A DNA stretch of 55,701 nucleotides. Source: Candidatus Woesearchaeota archaeon (GTDB lineage: Archaea; Nanobdellota; Nanobdellia; Pacearchaeales; GW2011-AR1). Under the pieces are notes generated by a model that was not told where the DNA came from, ran no database searches, and worked only from the letters and a program-made list of their open reading frames with translations. The position numbers and the translations under genes were made by a program. Numbering within the stretch: position 1 is the stretch's first letter; each line of letters opens with the position of its first letter. Shown in pieces: positions 33,810 to 43,177 of this stretch. The stretch spans positions 1-55,701 of the forward strand of contig CAZJEO010000003.1 in the NCBI GenBank assembly GCA_964545065.1, given 5' to 3'.

Positions 33810-35854
33810 ACTTCCTTCTGGCTCACACCATTAACTTTCTTGAACCTTATAACATTCTCAACAAAACCTTCTATTTTTTGTTCGTGACTAACAATTATCA
33901 GTTGTTTGACATTTAATTGATCTAAAACTTCTCGCATTTTATCTAATTGTTGATCACTGAATCCGTCTGTTGGTTCGTCGAGAATTACTAAGTCGCGGGT
34001 TTTAATCTTGCTAAGGAGGGAATTGATTACTTGGTTTAGGGCTAGGCGATATGCTAAGGCGACTGCTGTTCTTTCTCCTCCAGAAAGATAAGCATAATCA
34101 ATTTCATAATCTTGTTGTTCGATTATTGGGGTGAAATCATCGCCTAATCTTATATTAAAAGAATCAGAGACAAGTGTGTAAAACCATTCTGCAAATAAGC
34201 TAGAAAATTCTCCTCTAAGTTTTATCATAACATTTTTTTCAATGAAGGAAATCAGGGTCATGAATTTTTTAGATAGCCAGTCTTCAAGTTCATTTATGTA
34301 AATCAAATGTTCTCGAATCTTTTCTATCTTTTGTATGTTCTCTTTTAATTCGTTTATTTGGCGAAGAAAGAGTTCTATTTCTTTTTTCAATTCTGCTAAT
34401 TTTATTTCTGCTAATTGTTCTTGTTTTAATGCTTCATCAAGTTCTTTTTGTTTTGTCTCAAAAATGTTTTCAAATTTTTTTAATGCGAAAACAGTATCGC
34501 TAAGAGTTTCTGCATGTTGATTCAAAAATTTTACATCTTCTTCTAACATTAGATTTGATTTCTCTACTTCTGAAATTCTTTTTTGTTTTTCCTGAACTTC
34601 TTGAAGCCGCATCTTTAATATTTTCAAGTCTGTTAATTCTTTTTCCATTGAAGAAATCTTTGAATCTATTTCTTGTAATTTTTCAGCGATGGTTTGTTTT
34701 TCTTGTTTGATTTCTTCTATTTTTTGATTGGCTTGAGAATTATCATTATGAATTTTGTTTAAGACATTTGCTCTATAAATAGCTTCAACATTTTGCAAAC
34801 AAGTCGGACAGATTTCAAGATTTGAAAGTTTTTTCTCAAGATTTTGATTATCTTCTACTTTTAAAACCAATGAACTCATTTGAGAATTTATCTCTAAATT
34901 TTTGTCGGCTAGTTTTTGTTTTGTTTGTTTTTTTGAAGAAATTTCCTGTTCAATTTTTGAAATTTGTGTTTCATCAAATTGCAAATCTTGTAATTCTTTC
35001 ATTTGATTCTTAATTTGATCAATTGTTCTGGCATTAGAAGAAATTGTATCTTTTTTATTAATAATCATAATCTTTGTTTTTTCTATTTCCTGTTGGAGTT
35101 TATTTTTTTCTTCAATTTTTCCAGAAGTTTCTTTCATTTCTTCCTGAACTTTTTTTCGTTGTTCTGATTTCAAGAAAAGTTCTTTTTCAATTGAAGAAAC
35201 ATTACCTTGTTTTGTTTCTAATTCATTTTCTTTTTCTACAAGATTTAATTTATCCTGTTCCAAATTTGCTGTTCGTCCCTCATTCATTCTTTTTTCTTCT
35301 CTTAATTTCAAAGTTATTATTGAAATATTTTCGAGAACTTTTTTATATTTGTCAATTCCAAAAACATGTCGCAAAGTGTTAATTCGTGTTTCAGAATCTT
35401 GTAAAATAATTTGTTTCATTTCTTCTTGAGGTGTATAAACTGTAAATTTGTACAAGAGGTTTTGTTTTTTTGAGAATTCTAGCGGATAGTTCAATAATGT
35501 CAAGACCTTGTTTTTTAATTCTGTTACAGACATTTCTTTTTTTTCGTCATCGATTGTAATTGAACAGTAATCTTGGGAAATTGTTTTTTTCTTTTTTAGG
35601 GTTCTTTCAACTATTATTTTCTTTTCATCAATTTCAAATTCAAGTATTACGCTACCTTCTTGTTCGCCATTTTTTAAAATAGAAGAACCTCTTTGGCCGG
35701 GTTGAAGCCCGAATAAAGCGAATTCTATTCCTAAGAGTATTGAAGTTTTTCCAGAGCCAATATCTCCTGAGAGTAAACTAGAGCCTTTTGGGAAAGTTAT
35801 TTCCTCGTGATTGTAACTTCTTATATTGTTTAAGGTTATTTTTTTTAGTAGCAT
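33806..35854 (-). CDS. rad50: Rad50 ATPase (short coiled coil)
   Basis: Walker A is GDIGSGKTSIL and the central zinc hook is CPTC. The signature is LSGGERTAVALA and Walker B is LVILDEPTDG. At 682 aa it is shorter than typical archaeal Rad50. Confidence 0.85.
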   Translation of the reverse strand: MLLKKITLNNIRSYNHEEITFPKGSSLLSGDIGSGKTSILLGIEFALFGLQPGQRGSSILKNGEQEGSVILEFEIDEKKIIVERTLKKKKTISQDYCSITIDDEKKEMSVTELKNKVLTLLNYPLEFSKKQNLLYKFTVYTPQEEMKQIILQDSETRINTLRHVFGIDKYKKVLENISIITLKLREEKRMNEGRTANLEQDKLNLVEKENELETKQGNVSSIEKELFLKSEQRKKVQEEMKETSGKIEEKNKLQQEIEKTKIMIINKKDTISSNARTIDQIKNQMKELQDLQFDETQISKIEQEISSKKQTKQKLADKNLEINSQMSSLVLKVEDNQNLEKKLSNLEICPTCLQNVEAIYRANVLNKIHNDNSQANQKIEEIKQEKQTIAEKLQEIDSKISSMEKELTDLKILKMRLQEVQEKQKRISEVEKSNLMLEEDVKFLNQHAETLSDTVFALKKFENIFETKQKELDEALKQEQLAEIKLAELKKEIELFLRQINELKENIQKIEKIREHLIYINELEDWLSKKFMTLISFIEKNVMIKLRGEFSSLFAEWFYTLVSDSFNIRLGDDFTPIIEQQDYEIDYAYLSGGERTAVALAYRLALNQVINSLLSKIKTRDLVILDEPTDGFSDQQLDKMREVLDQLNVKQLIIVSHEQKIEGFVENVIRFKKVNGVSQKEV

Positions 35855-35855
35855 T

Positions 35856-36485
35856 TTAATTAATAAGAACTTTCCTCCCTTCTACCTTTAATTTTCCTTT
35901 TGCACATAACTCTATTCCCCTCGGGTACATTTTTTGTTCTTCTTTTTGCACTCTTGTTTTTAATGAATCAACGTCGTCATCCCAATAAACAGGAACAGGT
36001 TCTTGAAGAATTATTGGGCCAGTATCTTTACCTTCATCTACAAATATCAAAGAACATCCTGTGATTTTACATCCTCTCTTTAAAACTTCTCTATGGACAT
36101 CCAAATCCATTTTACCTGCAAAAGCCGGCAATAAAGAGGGGTGCATATTCATACATTTATTCCTCCATTTATCTACAAACCAACCACCATATAATTCCAT
36201 CCAGCCAATATTGATTAATAACTCAGCATAATTATTTTCTAATATTTCATCTATTTTTATATCATATTGTGTTCTTTCAAATTTCTTACCATCTTTATCC
36301 ATTGGACTTACAAAATAATTTTTTATTCCATAAGTTCTTGCTTTTTCCAGAATTCCAGAATTTTTATTGTTAGAGATTATTACAGCTATTTCTACCAGAC
36401 CTTTTAATTCTCCGTGATCTATACTTTCTACAATTGCTGGCAAATCGCTTCCCTTTGTTGATCCTAAAATTCCTATATTCATCAT
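35856..36485 (-). CDS. purN: Phosphoribosylglycinamide formyltransferase-like (PurN family)
   Basis: NMHPSLLPAFAG and DEGKDTGPIILQ match the PurN catalytic N/H/D blocks. Length is 209 aa. Confidence 0.75.
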   Translation of the reverse strand: MMNIGILGSTKGSDLPAIVESIDHGELKGLVEIAVIISNNKNSGILEKARTYGIKNYFVSPMDKDGKKFERTQYDIKIDEILENNYAELLINIGWMELYGGWFVDKWRNKCMNMHPSLLPAFAGKMDLDVHREVLKRGCKITGCSLIFVDEGKDTGPIILQEPVPVYWDDDVDSLKTRVQKEEQKMYPRGIELCAKGKLKVEGRKVLIN

Positions 36486-36486
36486 T

Positions 36487-37650
36487 TTAAAATTTCAGAA
36501 TTTTTTTAGCTTCTTCTATGAGGCGATTGTTGAAACTCTCTATTTTTTCTCCTTCTTGTTTTTCAATTGAAAGTGAATTTATTAGTTGTGGAATAAGTGA
36601 GTTAAAATCAGAGGGATTTTCTTTTGAATAGTGGGTTATTGTTTCTTCTTCTACATTTTCTACATCTTTTAATTCAATATCCAGTTCAATTTCTTTTGTT
36701 GTCAGGTCGTGCGTGTTTCTTAAAATGAAATAAGCGTTTTTTGACTTTGCGAATTCTTCTATCTTCGCGAATTTTATATCTGAGTTTGTTCCTTTTTCAA
36801 TTTCTCCCTTGACTCTTAATAAAATTATTTTATCATTAAGTTCTTTTTTATCTAATTCAGAAATTATCAATTCTGTTGCAGTCAAGGCGTTTTTGATTTC
36901 TATTTCTAATGGAACAATGTCTTTGATTTTCAAATCTATTTTTTCAGAAGATGCTTCTGTGTCTACTATGTAAAAACTTCCGTGTTTCAAATCTTCTAAT
37001 TCTTGAAAATTATTTGGGAAGATTGGACCGGGGTATTGGAAATTTTTGTGTTTGAAATCTATGTGCAAGTGACCTAAGGCGTAATAATCCATTTCAGGCA
37101 ATAAGTCTGTTTCTATGGCGTCTATTGGGAGTGTGCCTTTTGCTTTGTCGATTGTTGTGTGGAGCATGAAAATTTTGAACATGCCTGGAGAATCATTTAA
37201 TTTTATTTTTCTTAGTTCGGGAATTTCTAATCCTGATTTTTTACCTGGGTAGCCATAAATTGCAACTCCTTTGTATAATGTTGGATTTAGGATTATTTTA
37301 CTCTCTGCTTCCCCAACTTCTTCAATGTTTGCTACATTTTTACAAAAGCCTGCGTTTTCTAAAACATCTAGGAAAGTTTTTCCAGAAACAGAATAATCAT
37401 GGCTTCCTGCAATTAGGAAACATGGGATTTGCGCTTCGCTGAATCTGCGGAACTCGCGAAATGTTTGTTTTAAAATTTCTATTGGCGGGTATGCTGAATC
37501 AAATAAATCTCCGCCTATGAGTACAAAATCTAGCTTATTTTGAATGCAAATGTCCACCGCTTTTTGAAAAGATTGAAAATTTAAATCTTGCATTGGCTGT
37601 TGTTTCCATCCTCCAAGGTGAACATCAGAAATGTGGGCAAATTTTACCAT
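36487..37650 (-). CDS. mre11: Mre11 nuclease
   Basis: Calcineurin-like phosphoesterase motifs are present: HISDVHLG, GGDLFD, GSHD and GHLH. Length is 387 aa. Confidence 0.85.
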   Translation of the reverse strand: MVKFAHISDVHLGGWKQQPMQDLNFQSFQKAVDICIQNKLDFVLIGGDLFDSAYPPIEILKQTFREFRRFSEAQIPCFLIAGSHDYSVSGKTFLDVLENAGFCKNVANIEEVGEAESKIILNPTLYKGVAIYGYPGKKSGLEIPELRKIKLNDSPGMFKIFMLHTTIDKAKGTLPIDAIETDLLPEMDYYALGHLHIDFKHKNFQYPGPIFPNNFQELEDLKHGSFYIVDTEASSEKIDLKIKDIVPLEIEIKNALTATELIISELDKKELNDKIILLRVKGEIEKGTNSDIKFAKIEEFAKSKNAYFILRNTHDLTTKEIELDIELKDVENVEEETITHYSKENPSDFNSLIPQLINSLSIEKQEGEKIESFNNRLIEEAKKILKF

Positions 37651-37717
37651 CTTTTGTATAAAAAAGTTTATAACCCTGCAAGATTATAAGCATATATAAA
37701 ATTGATTGTGATAAAAT

Positions 37718-39211
37718 ATGAAGATTACTATTTTATTCGGAGGAGAGGCAGGGCAGGGTCCTAATGTTTTGACAAACATTTTAGGACAGGCATTAGTTAA
37801 ACAAGGATATCATGTTTTTTATTCACGGGATTATCAAAGTTTGATTAGGGGAGGGCATAATTTTAATGTTCTGACTTTTTCAGATAAGCCAATTCACAGC
37901 AATGAGAAATATGTGGATATTGTAATTGCGTTGGATGAGAACACAGAAAAGCTCCACAAGCATGAAATGAAAAAAGGAGCAATTGTTCTTACAGGGAATA
38001 AGGAGAACATGTATTATGCTGGTAGGCTTTTCAGACTTCTTTGTTTGGATTTCAAAGTTTTGAAAGAAGAGCTTAGGGATTTAGAGAAGAGATTTGATGA
38101 TAATATGGCAGAGGCGAGAAAGGGTTATGACGATGAGAAAAAGGACTTCTGCAAGATTGATTTTTTGAAAAAGAATAATAATAAATTTATGAATGGGAAC
38201 CAAGGAATTGCACAGGGGGCTGTGAAATCAGGATTGGATATATATTATGCTTATCCCATGACTCCTGCTACACCTGTTCTTGGGGAACTTGCTGGAGTTC
38301 AAGAAGAAAAAGAAATTCTGGTTTTAGAATTGGAAAATGAACTTTCTGTAATTAATGCTGGAATTGGTAGTGCCATGACTGGAGCAAAGGTTATGGTCGG
38401 AACTTCTGGAGGAGGTTTTGATTTAATGACTGAGAGTATAAGTTTGGCAGGGATAGCAGAAGTTCCTATTGTGATTTATCTTTCTCAAAGACCTGGACCT
38501 GCAACAGGAGTTGCTACATATACTGGGCAGGGAGATTTACATATTGCTCGACATTCTGGACATGGAGAATTTCCAAGAGTAGTGTTTGCTCCAGGAGATC
38601 CAAAAGAATGCGAAGAATTGACAAGTCAGGCATTTTATTTTAGTCAAGTTTTTGGCGTTCCTTCAATTGTTATTGGAGATAAGCATCTTGCAGAAAGCTT
38701 TTACACTTTGGAAGAAAAACCAAAAATCGAACATTCGCGAAAACTTGGTTCTATGATGAGATATAATAGTTATGAGAAAGACAAAGATGGGAGTGCTACT
38801 GAAAATTCGGAGATAATTAAAAAAAATATTGAGGCAAGGATAAAGAAAGGTAAAGATATTAAAGAAGCAGCGAAGAGGTTTAAGCAATTTAATTCTTATG
38901 GGAAAAAATCTTCTAAGAATGTTATTTTGTCTTGGGGAAGTACAAAGGGTGCTATTCTTGACGCAATTGAAGACTTAGATGTTAAATTTATTCAAATTCT
39001 TCATATTGAACCTTTTCCAGATTTAGAAAAAGAACTTGAAGGAAAGAATTTAATTTTGATTGAGAATAATGCAACTGGATTATTGGGTGAGGTTGTTGCA
39101 GAAAAACTTGGAATGTTTATTGGTGATAAAAATAAAATTTTGAGATATGATGGTCGGCCATTTTTACATGATGAACTTAAAAAAGAAATTGAAGGGAGAT
39201 TGGAGAAATGA
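37718..39211 (+). CDS. 2-oxoacid:ferredoxin oxidoreductase, fused gamma-alpha subunit
   Basis: The N-terminal gamma-like domain is GGEAGQGPNVLTNILGQA...IRGGHN. The alpha domain is GNQGIAQGAVKSGLDIYYAYPMTPATP. Confidence 0.8.
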   Translation: MKITILFGGEAGQGPNVLTNILGQALVKQGYHVFYSRDYQSLIRGGHNFNVLTFSDKPIHSNEKYVDIVIALDENTEKLHKHEMKKGAIVLTGNKENMYYAGRLFRLLCLDFKVLKEELRDLEKRFDDNMAEARKGYDDEKKDFCKIDFLKKNNNKFMNGNQGIAQGAVKSGLDIYYAYPMTPATPVLGELAGVQEEKEILVLELENELSVINAGIGSAMTGAKVMVGTSGGGFDLMTESISLAGIAEVPIVIYLSQRPGPATGVATYTGQGDLHIARHSGHGEFPRVVFAPGDPKECEELTSQAFYFSQVFGVPSIVIGDKHLAESFYTLEEKPKIEHSRKLGSMMRYNSYEKDKDGSATENSEIIKKNIEARIKKGKDIKEAAKRFKQFNSYGKKSSKNVILSWGSTKGAILDAIEDLDVKFIQILHIEPFPDLEKELEGKNLILIENNATGLLGEVVAEKLGMFIGDKNKILRYDGRPFLHDELKKEIEGRLEK

Positions 39212-39954
39212 CTGAAGCACATATAAAAAAATATTGGGAGGAACGTTCAAAATCTTATCAGGAAGAATCAGATATAAAAATAGGGATTCACTATGGTCCT
39301 GGAGCACCTTTTGAAGATAAATTAAAACTATTGGGAAATTTGAGAGGAAAAAAAGTTGTAGAAATTGGTTGTGGTGGTGCTCAATGTGGGATAGCCATGG
39401 CTAAAAAAGGAGCGAAGGTAACGGGGATGGATCAATCTGAAGAGCAATTAAAGTTCGCTAAAAATCTTGCTGAGAAAAATAAAGTTAAAATAAAATTCAT
39501 TCAAGGAAGTTTCCAAGACTTAAGAAAATTAAAATCTAATCATTATGATATAGCTTTCTCAGCTTTTGCTTTTCAATATTCTCCAAATCTATTACATTTA
39601 TTTAAGCAAGTTAAAAGGATATTAAAGAAAAGAGGCATATTTATTTTTAGTTTAGATCATCCCTTTTTTGATATTATTAATCCAAAAACATTAAAGGCCC
39701 AAAAAAGTTATTTCAAAACAGGAAGATATGCTGAAAAAAATAAAGGGGCAGATTTTGTAGCTTATCACCATACAGTTTCTGAATTGTTTAACTTATTAGT
39801 AGAAGCAGGGTTTATTGTAGAAAAAATTATTGAACCAGATTCAAGAAAAAAATATAGTGGAGATCCCTGGTATGGTTTGTGGGATTACTACATGCCAAAG
39901 TTATTAAAAATCGTCCCACCAACAATTATCTTTAAAGCGAGGAAACAAAAATGA
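39208..39954 (+). CDS. Class I SAM-dependent methyltransferase
   Basis: Motif I is VVEIGCGGAQCG. Length is 248 aa, with ATGA overlaps at both ends. Confidence 0.75.
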   Translation: MTEAHIKKYWEERSKSYQEESDIKIGIHYGPGAPFEDKLKLLGNLRGKKVVEIGCGGAQCGIAMAKKGAKVTGMDQSEEQLKFAKNLAEKNKVKIKFIQGSFQDLRKLKSNHYDIAFSAFAFQYSPNLLHLFKQVKRILKKRGIFIFSLDHPFFDIINPKTLKAQKSYFKTGRYAEKNKGADFVAYHHTVSELFNLLVEAGFIVEKIIEPDSRKKYSGDPWYGLWDYYMPKLLKIVPPTIIFKARKQK

Positions 39955-40217
39955 CAATACTATCTATATTAGCTACTGTTTTTGGAGTTGTTAATGGATT
40001 TGCGAATCTTCCTCAGATTTACAAAATCTTTAAGAAAAAAAGTGCCAAGGACTTATCTGTTGTCACTTATTTAGTTTTGACTGCAGGAACTATTGTTTGG
40101 GTTTTATATGGAATTGAAATAACAAATGTTCCTATTCTTGTTATGAATGGACTTGCGCTTTTTGAGTTTATTATAATATTGCTTGGGATTTATTTATATG
40201 GGGGTTATAGGAAATGA
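39951..40217 (+). CDS. SemiSWEET / PQ-loop family transporter (88 aa, 3 TM)
   Basis: The PQ motif is FANLPQIYKIFKKKSAKDLS, and three hydrophobic helices fit in 88 aa. Confidence 0.7.
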   Translation: MTILSILATVFGVVNGFANLPQIYKIFKKKSAKDLSVVTYLVLTAGTIVWVLYGIEITNVPILVMNGLALFEFIIILLGIYLYGGYRK

Positions 40218-41047
40218 AAGACATTTCAACTCCCACAAAAATAACATGGTGTCTTGGATGTTTTAATTTTCAGATACTTGCGGGAGTAAAAAGTTTTCTT
40301 GCGAAATCAACTTTAAAGAAAGACGATTTTGCTCTTGTTTCAGGAATTGGATGTCATGCTAAACTTTTTGATTATTTGGATTTGAATGGTTTGAACACTT
40401 TACATGGAAGGGTTTTGCCAACTTGTTTAGGTATTAAAATTGGTAATCCTAACTTGAATGTTCTTGGATTTTCTGGAGATGGGGATGCTTATGCTGAAGG
40501 AATATCACATTTAATTCACGCAGCTAGATTTAATTCAGATATAAATTATTTTGTTTTCAATAATCAAGTTTTTGCTTTGACTGTTGGGCAACCGACGCCA
40601 GTAACAGAAATTGGTTTTAAAGATAAAACAACTCCTCAAGGAGTTAAGACTCATCCTATGAATCCAATAAAACTTATGTTGGCTTCTGGCGCTAGTTTTG
40701 TTGCAAGGGTTTTTGCAGATGTTGGGCAAGTTGAATATATTATGGGAGAGGCTTTGAAACATAAAGGATTTTCGTTTGTTGAAATAATTCAGCCATGTAT
40801 AATTTTTCACAAAGATGAGAACTATAAGGAAAAAACATATTCTCTTGATGGCAAAAAACATGACAAAACTAGTTTTGATCAAGCTTGGAAAAAAGCGCAG
40901 GAATTTGATTACAATGGGATTAAGAAAGATACGAAAATTCCTTTAGGTATTTTTTATCAAACTAAGAAGCCTGTTTTTGAGGAACAATTTCCAAAACTTG
41001 TAGATTTGAAGAAAAAGAAAATTGGTTGGAAGGATATTAGACGGTGA
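40214..41047 (+). CDS. 2-oxoacid:ferredoxin oxidoreductase, beta (TPP-binding) subunit
   Basis: TWCLGC lies near the N-terminus. The TPP motif is GFSGDGDAYAEG...NNQVFALT. Confidence 0.85.
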   Translation: MKDISTPTKITWCLGCFNFQILAGVKSFLAKSTLKKDDFALVSGIGCHAKLFDYLDLNGLNTLHGRVLPTCLGIKIGNPNLNVLGFSGDGDAYAEGISHLIHAARFNSDINYFVFNNQVFALTVGQPTPVTEIGFKDKTTPQGVKTHPMNPIKLMLASGASFVARVFADVGQVEYIMGEALKHKGFSFVEIIQPCIIFHKDENYKEKTYSLDGKKHDKTSFDQAWKKAQEFDYNGIKKDTKIPLGIFYQTKKPVFEEQFPKLVDLKKKKIGWKDIRR

Positions 41048-41098
41048 TGTTTTCTCTTGCCGTTCTTTGTTACTTTATAGTAGTTATAAAAACACAAA

Positions 41099-41108
41099 CT
41101 TTATAAAT
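41099..41108 (+). promoter_or_regulatory. TATA-box candidate for 41129 gene
   Basis: CTTTATAAAT is centred ~25 nt upstream of ATG 41129. Confidence 0.45.
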
Positions 41109-41128
41109 CTCAATTTTACTATATTTCT

Positions 41129-41779
41129 ATGGAAAAAATAGCTCATACAAAAATAGAAGGGACAGATACCGATGAAATTCTCTCAGAGAAGATGTTCTCT
41201 AACTATACTCATCCAGAATTAGAGAAATTTATTAAAAGAGCTGTTCACCAAAATACTGATTCATTTAGCGAATTACAAAGATTCCAAAGAGAATTCCTTT
41301 TATATGGTTTTATGAAGGCCACGGGACAAGAATTTTCTTTTCTAAATTATGACCCAGAAATTCTTGAGAGAGGAAATGAACAGAAGGTATTTTATACAAA
41401 TAATGGGGTCTTAGTTTTTTATGATAATAATGGAGATGCTTATATAAGAGGGGGAGATAGTTATCATGGATGTGGATCAAGTAGATCTCAAGGAGGTGTT
41501 GAAGAAACACTTTTAGACTTAGGTTATGATGCAGAATTTTGTTATGTTCCGCACAGTAATGATAAGTTTGCTGATGCAAGAAGAGAAAAATTATTTAAGA
41601 CCCTTTGTTCTTTCTCAGAAGAAATTAGGAGAATAAGAGGTGAATCCTCTGGTATGATTTATTTTTCAGAACAAGACTCACCAGCACTTTATGAAGGAAG
41701 GGATTTGGATTTACCAACAATAAGGATAGGCAATGATATATTAATTCAAGGAAATGATGAGAAAGTATTGGAATTTTAA
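41129..41779 (+). CDS. Hypothetical protein (216 aa)
   Basis: It is a clean ORF with its own TATA candidate. No recognisable motif. Confidence 0.5.
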   Translation: MEKIAHTKIEGTDTDEILSEKMFSNYTHPELEKFIKRAVHQNTDSFSELQRFQREFLLYGFMKATGQEFSFLNYDPEILERGNEQKVFYTNNGVLVFYDNNGDAYIRGGDSYHGCGSSRSQGGVEETLLDLGYDAEFCYVPHSNDKFADARREKLFKTLCSFSEEIRRIRGESSGMIYFSEQDSPALYEGRDLDLPTIRIGNDILIQGNDEKVLEF

Positions 41780-41797
41780 TAAATTTTCAGATAATTG

Positions 41798-42424
41798 TTA
41801 AATTCTAATCTCCCAAATACACAATCTTTCCATGAATAAATTCTCACATCCGATTTCTTTTGCATGATATCCCAGTTTTTCAAAATCAATCTTTTCTGCT
41901 AAGGAACTTGTGATTAAAAAAATAATTCCGTTTTTTTCTAAATGTGATTTTGCTTGGTTGAGAAAACGGAGAATTATTTCGTTTCCTTTTTTTCCACCTG
42001 TTGTTGCTTGCTGGGAATCTTTTGGTTCTCTTGAGTCCTCAGGAAGATAAGGGGGGTTGAAGATTATGGTATCAAATTTTCCTGAAATTTTTTCGAAGAG
42101 ATTTGAGTGAACGCAATTGAATCCGCGAGGACACCCCTTGTTTTCCTCGCGCTCCTTCCTCGAATCACTGAAGGGCGATTTCCCAACTGCCTTCGCTGGA
42201 AATCGCATATTCTGACAATGTTTTACTGCTTCTGAATCTATGTCGCATGAAAAAATATTTTGTTTTTTTATTCCTAAACTAGAAGATGTTTGCAAATGTA
42301 TTCCAGAGCCTGCTCCAATTTCAAGGAATTTTAAATCTGGATTTTTCTCTAGAAGTTCTGGTATTTTTTCCTTGAGAATTCTGGACATTAAATATGAATC
42401 TTCTGCTGGTTGGTAGATGGGCAT
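41798..42424 (-). CDS. NPPY-motif methyltransferase (HemK/PrmC/Mtq2-like)
   Basis: The SAM motif is FLEIGAGSGI and the catalytic motif is IIFNPPYLP. Length is 208 aa. Confidence 0.75.
   Translation of the reverse strand: MPIYQPAEDSYLMSRILKEKIPELLEKNPDLKFLEIGAGSGIHLQTSSSLGIKKQNIFSCDIDSEAVKHCQNMRFPAKAVGKSPFSDSRKEREENKGCPRGFNCVHSNLFEKISGKFDTIIFNPPYLPEDSREPKDSQQATTGGKKGNEIILRFLNQAKSHLEKNGIIFLITSSLAEKIDFEKLGYHAKEIGCENLFMERLCIWEIRI
42124..42206. repeat. GC-rich double-hairpin insert inside the NPPY methyltransferase gene
   Basis: CGCGAGGA (42124-42131) and TCCTCGCG (42144-42151) form a perfect 8-bp stem. GCGATTTCC (42175-42183) and GGAAATCGC (42198-42206) form a perfect 9-bp stem. The segment encodes ...FPAKAVGKSPFSDSRKEREENKGCPRG... 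between the SAM motif and NPPY. Confidence 0.7.
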
Positions 42425-42425
42425 T

Positions 42426-42989
42426 TTAACTAAACAAATTATTAAAGAAACTGATTAATTCGTCTTTGAAAAGAAAGATTGTTACGAGAATTCCGACTAG
42501 AAGGAGAAGGAGAAATCCTAGAAGGATTATGATTGTTTTGCCGCTTTGCTTTGGTGGTTGGCCGTAACCTGAAACTCGCTGTGGAGCTTGGCCTGGTTGT
42601 TGAGGTTGAATAAGCTGTTGTTGGGCTTGTTGCTGGGGGACTTGGGAGAGAGGGACTTGTTGCTGCATTGCTTGTTGAGGTTGCACCTGTGCAGGTTGTT
42701 GAGGGGATAATTGTTGACCTGGTGCGAGCATTTGAGCACTCACCTGTGGCGGAGGTTGAGGTTGTTTAGATTTCTTTTGTTTTTTTCCTTTTTTCGCAGG
42801 TTCTTGAACTTGTTGTGGTTGAGTTTGCTGTGCTTGAGCCACAAAACCTGATTCATTAATAGACTTGGCAGCTTCTGAGATTTCTTCTTTTTTATAGCCT
42901 GCGTTATAAAGAGTCATCATTGCTTTTTTCAAAGATTCGCCTCTTGTAAGAGCGGATTTTAATGCTTCTAAGATTGCTTCATTTACCAT
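42426..42989 (-). CDS. Q/P-rich low-complexity protein with C-terminal TM anchor
   Basis: It has an N-terminal ~60-aa globular part and a ~90-aa Q/P-rich segment. The C-terminal TM is IIILLGFLLLLLVGILVTIFLF. Its stop lies 1 nt from the downstream methyltransferase start. Confidence 0.55.
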   Translation of the reverse strand: MVNEAILEALKSALTRGESLKKAMMTLYNAGYKKEEISEAAKSINESGFVAQAQQTQPQQVQEPAKKGKKQKKSKQPQPPPQVSAQMLAPGQQLSPQQPAQVQPQQAMQQQVPLSQVPQQQAQQQLIQPQQPGQAPQRVSGYGQPPKQSGKTIIILLGFLLLLLVGILVTIFLFKDELISFFNNLFS

Positions 42990-43080
42990 CGTAAGACACC
43001 TACGGTTTCTTGACGTTCAATTTCCCTCTCGTTGCGGATGTGTGGCATCTTTTCATTGCCTCCGACGGATACCACATAGA
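42990..43080 (-). repeat. Conserved 5'-leader block, copy 2 of 2
   Basis: The core 43021-43077 is 51/57 identical to 28134-28190. It lies immediately upstream of ATG 42989. Confidence 0.8.
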
Positions 43081-43177
43081 TTTCCTTTTTAATCATAATT
43101 AGAATAGGATTTGTGAATTTAAAAATTATGGGGTTAAGAATAATAATGTTTAAAAAGAATTTCGTCTTAATTCAAAA

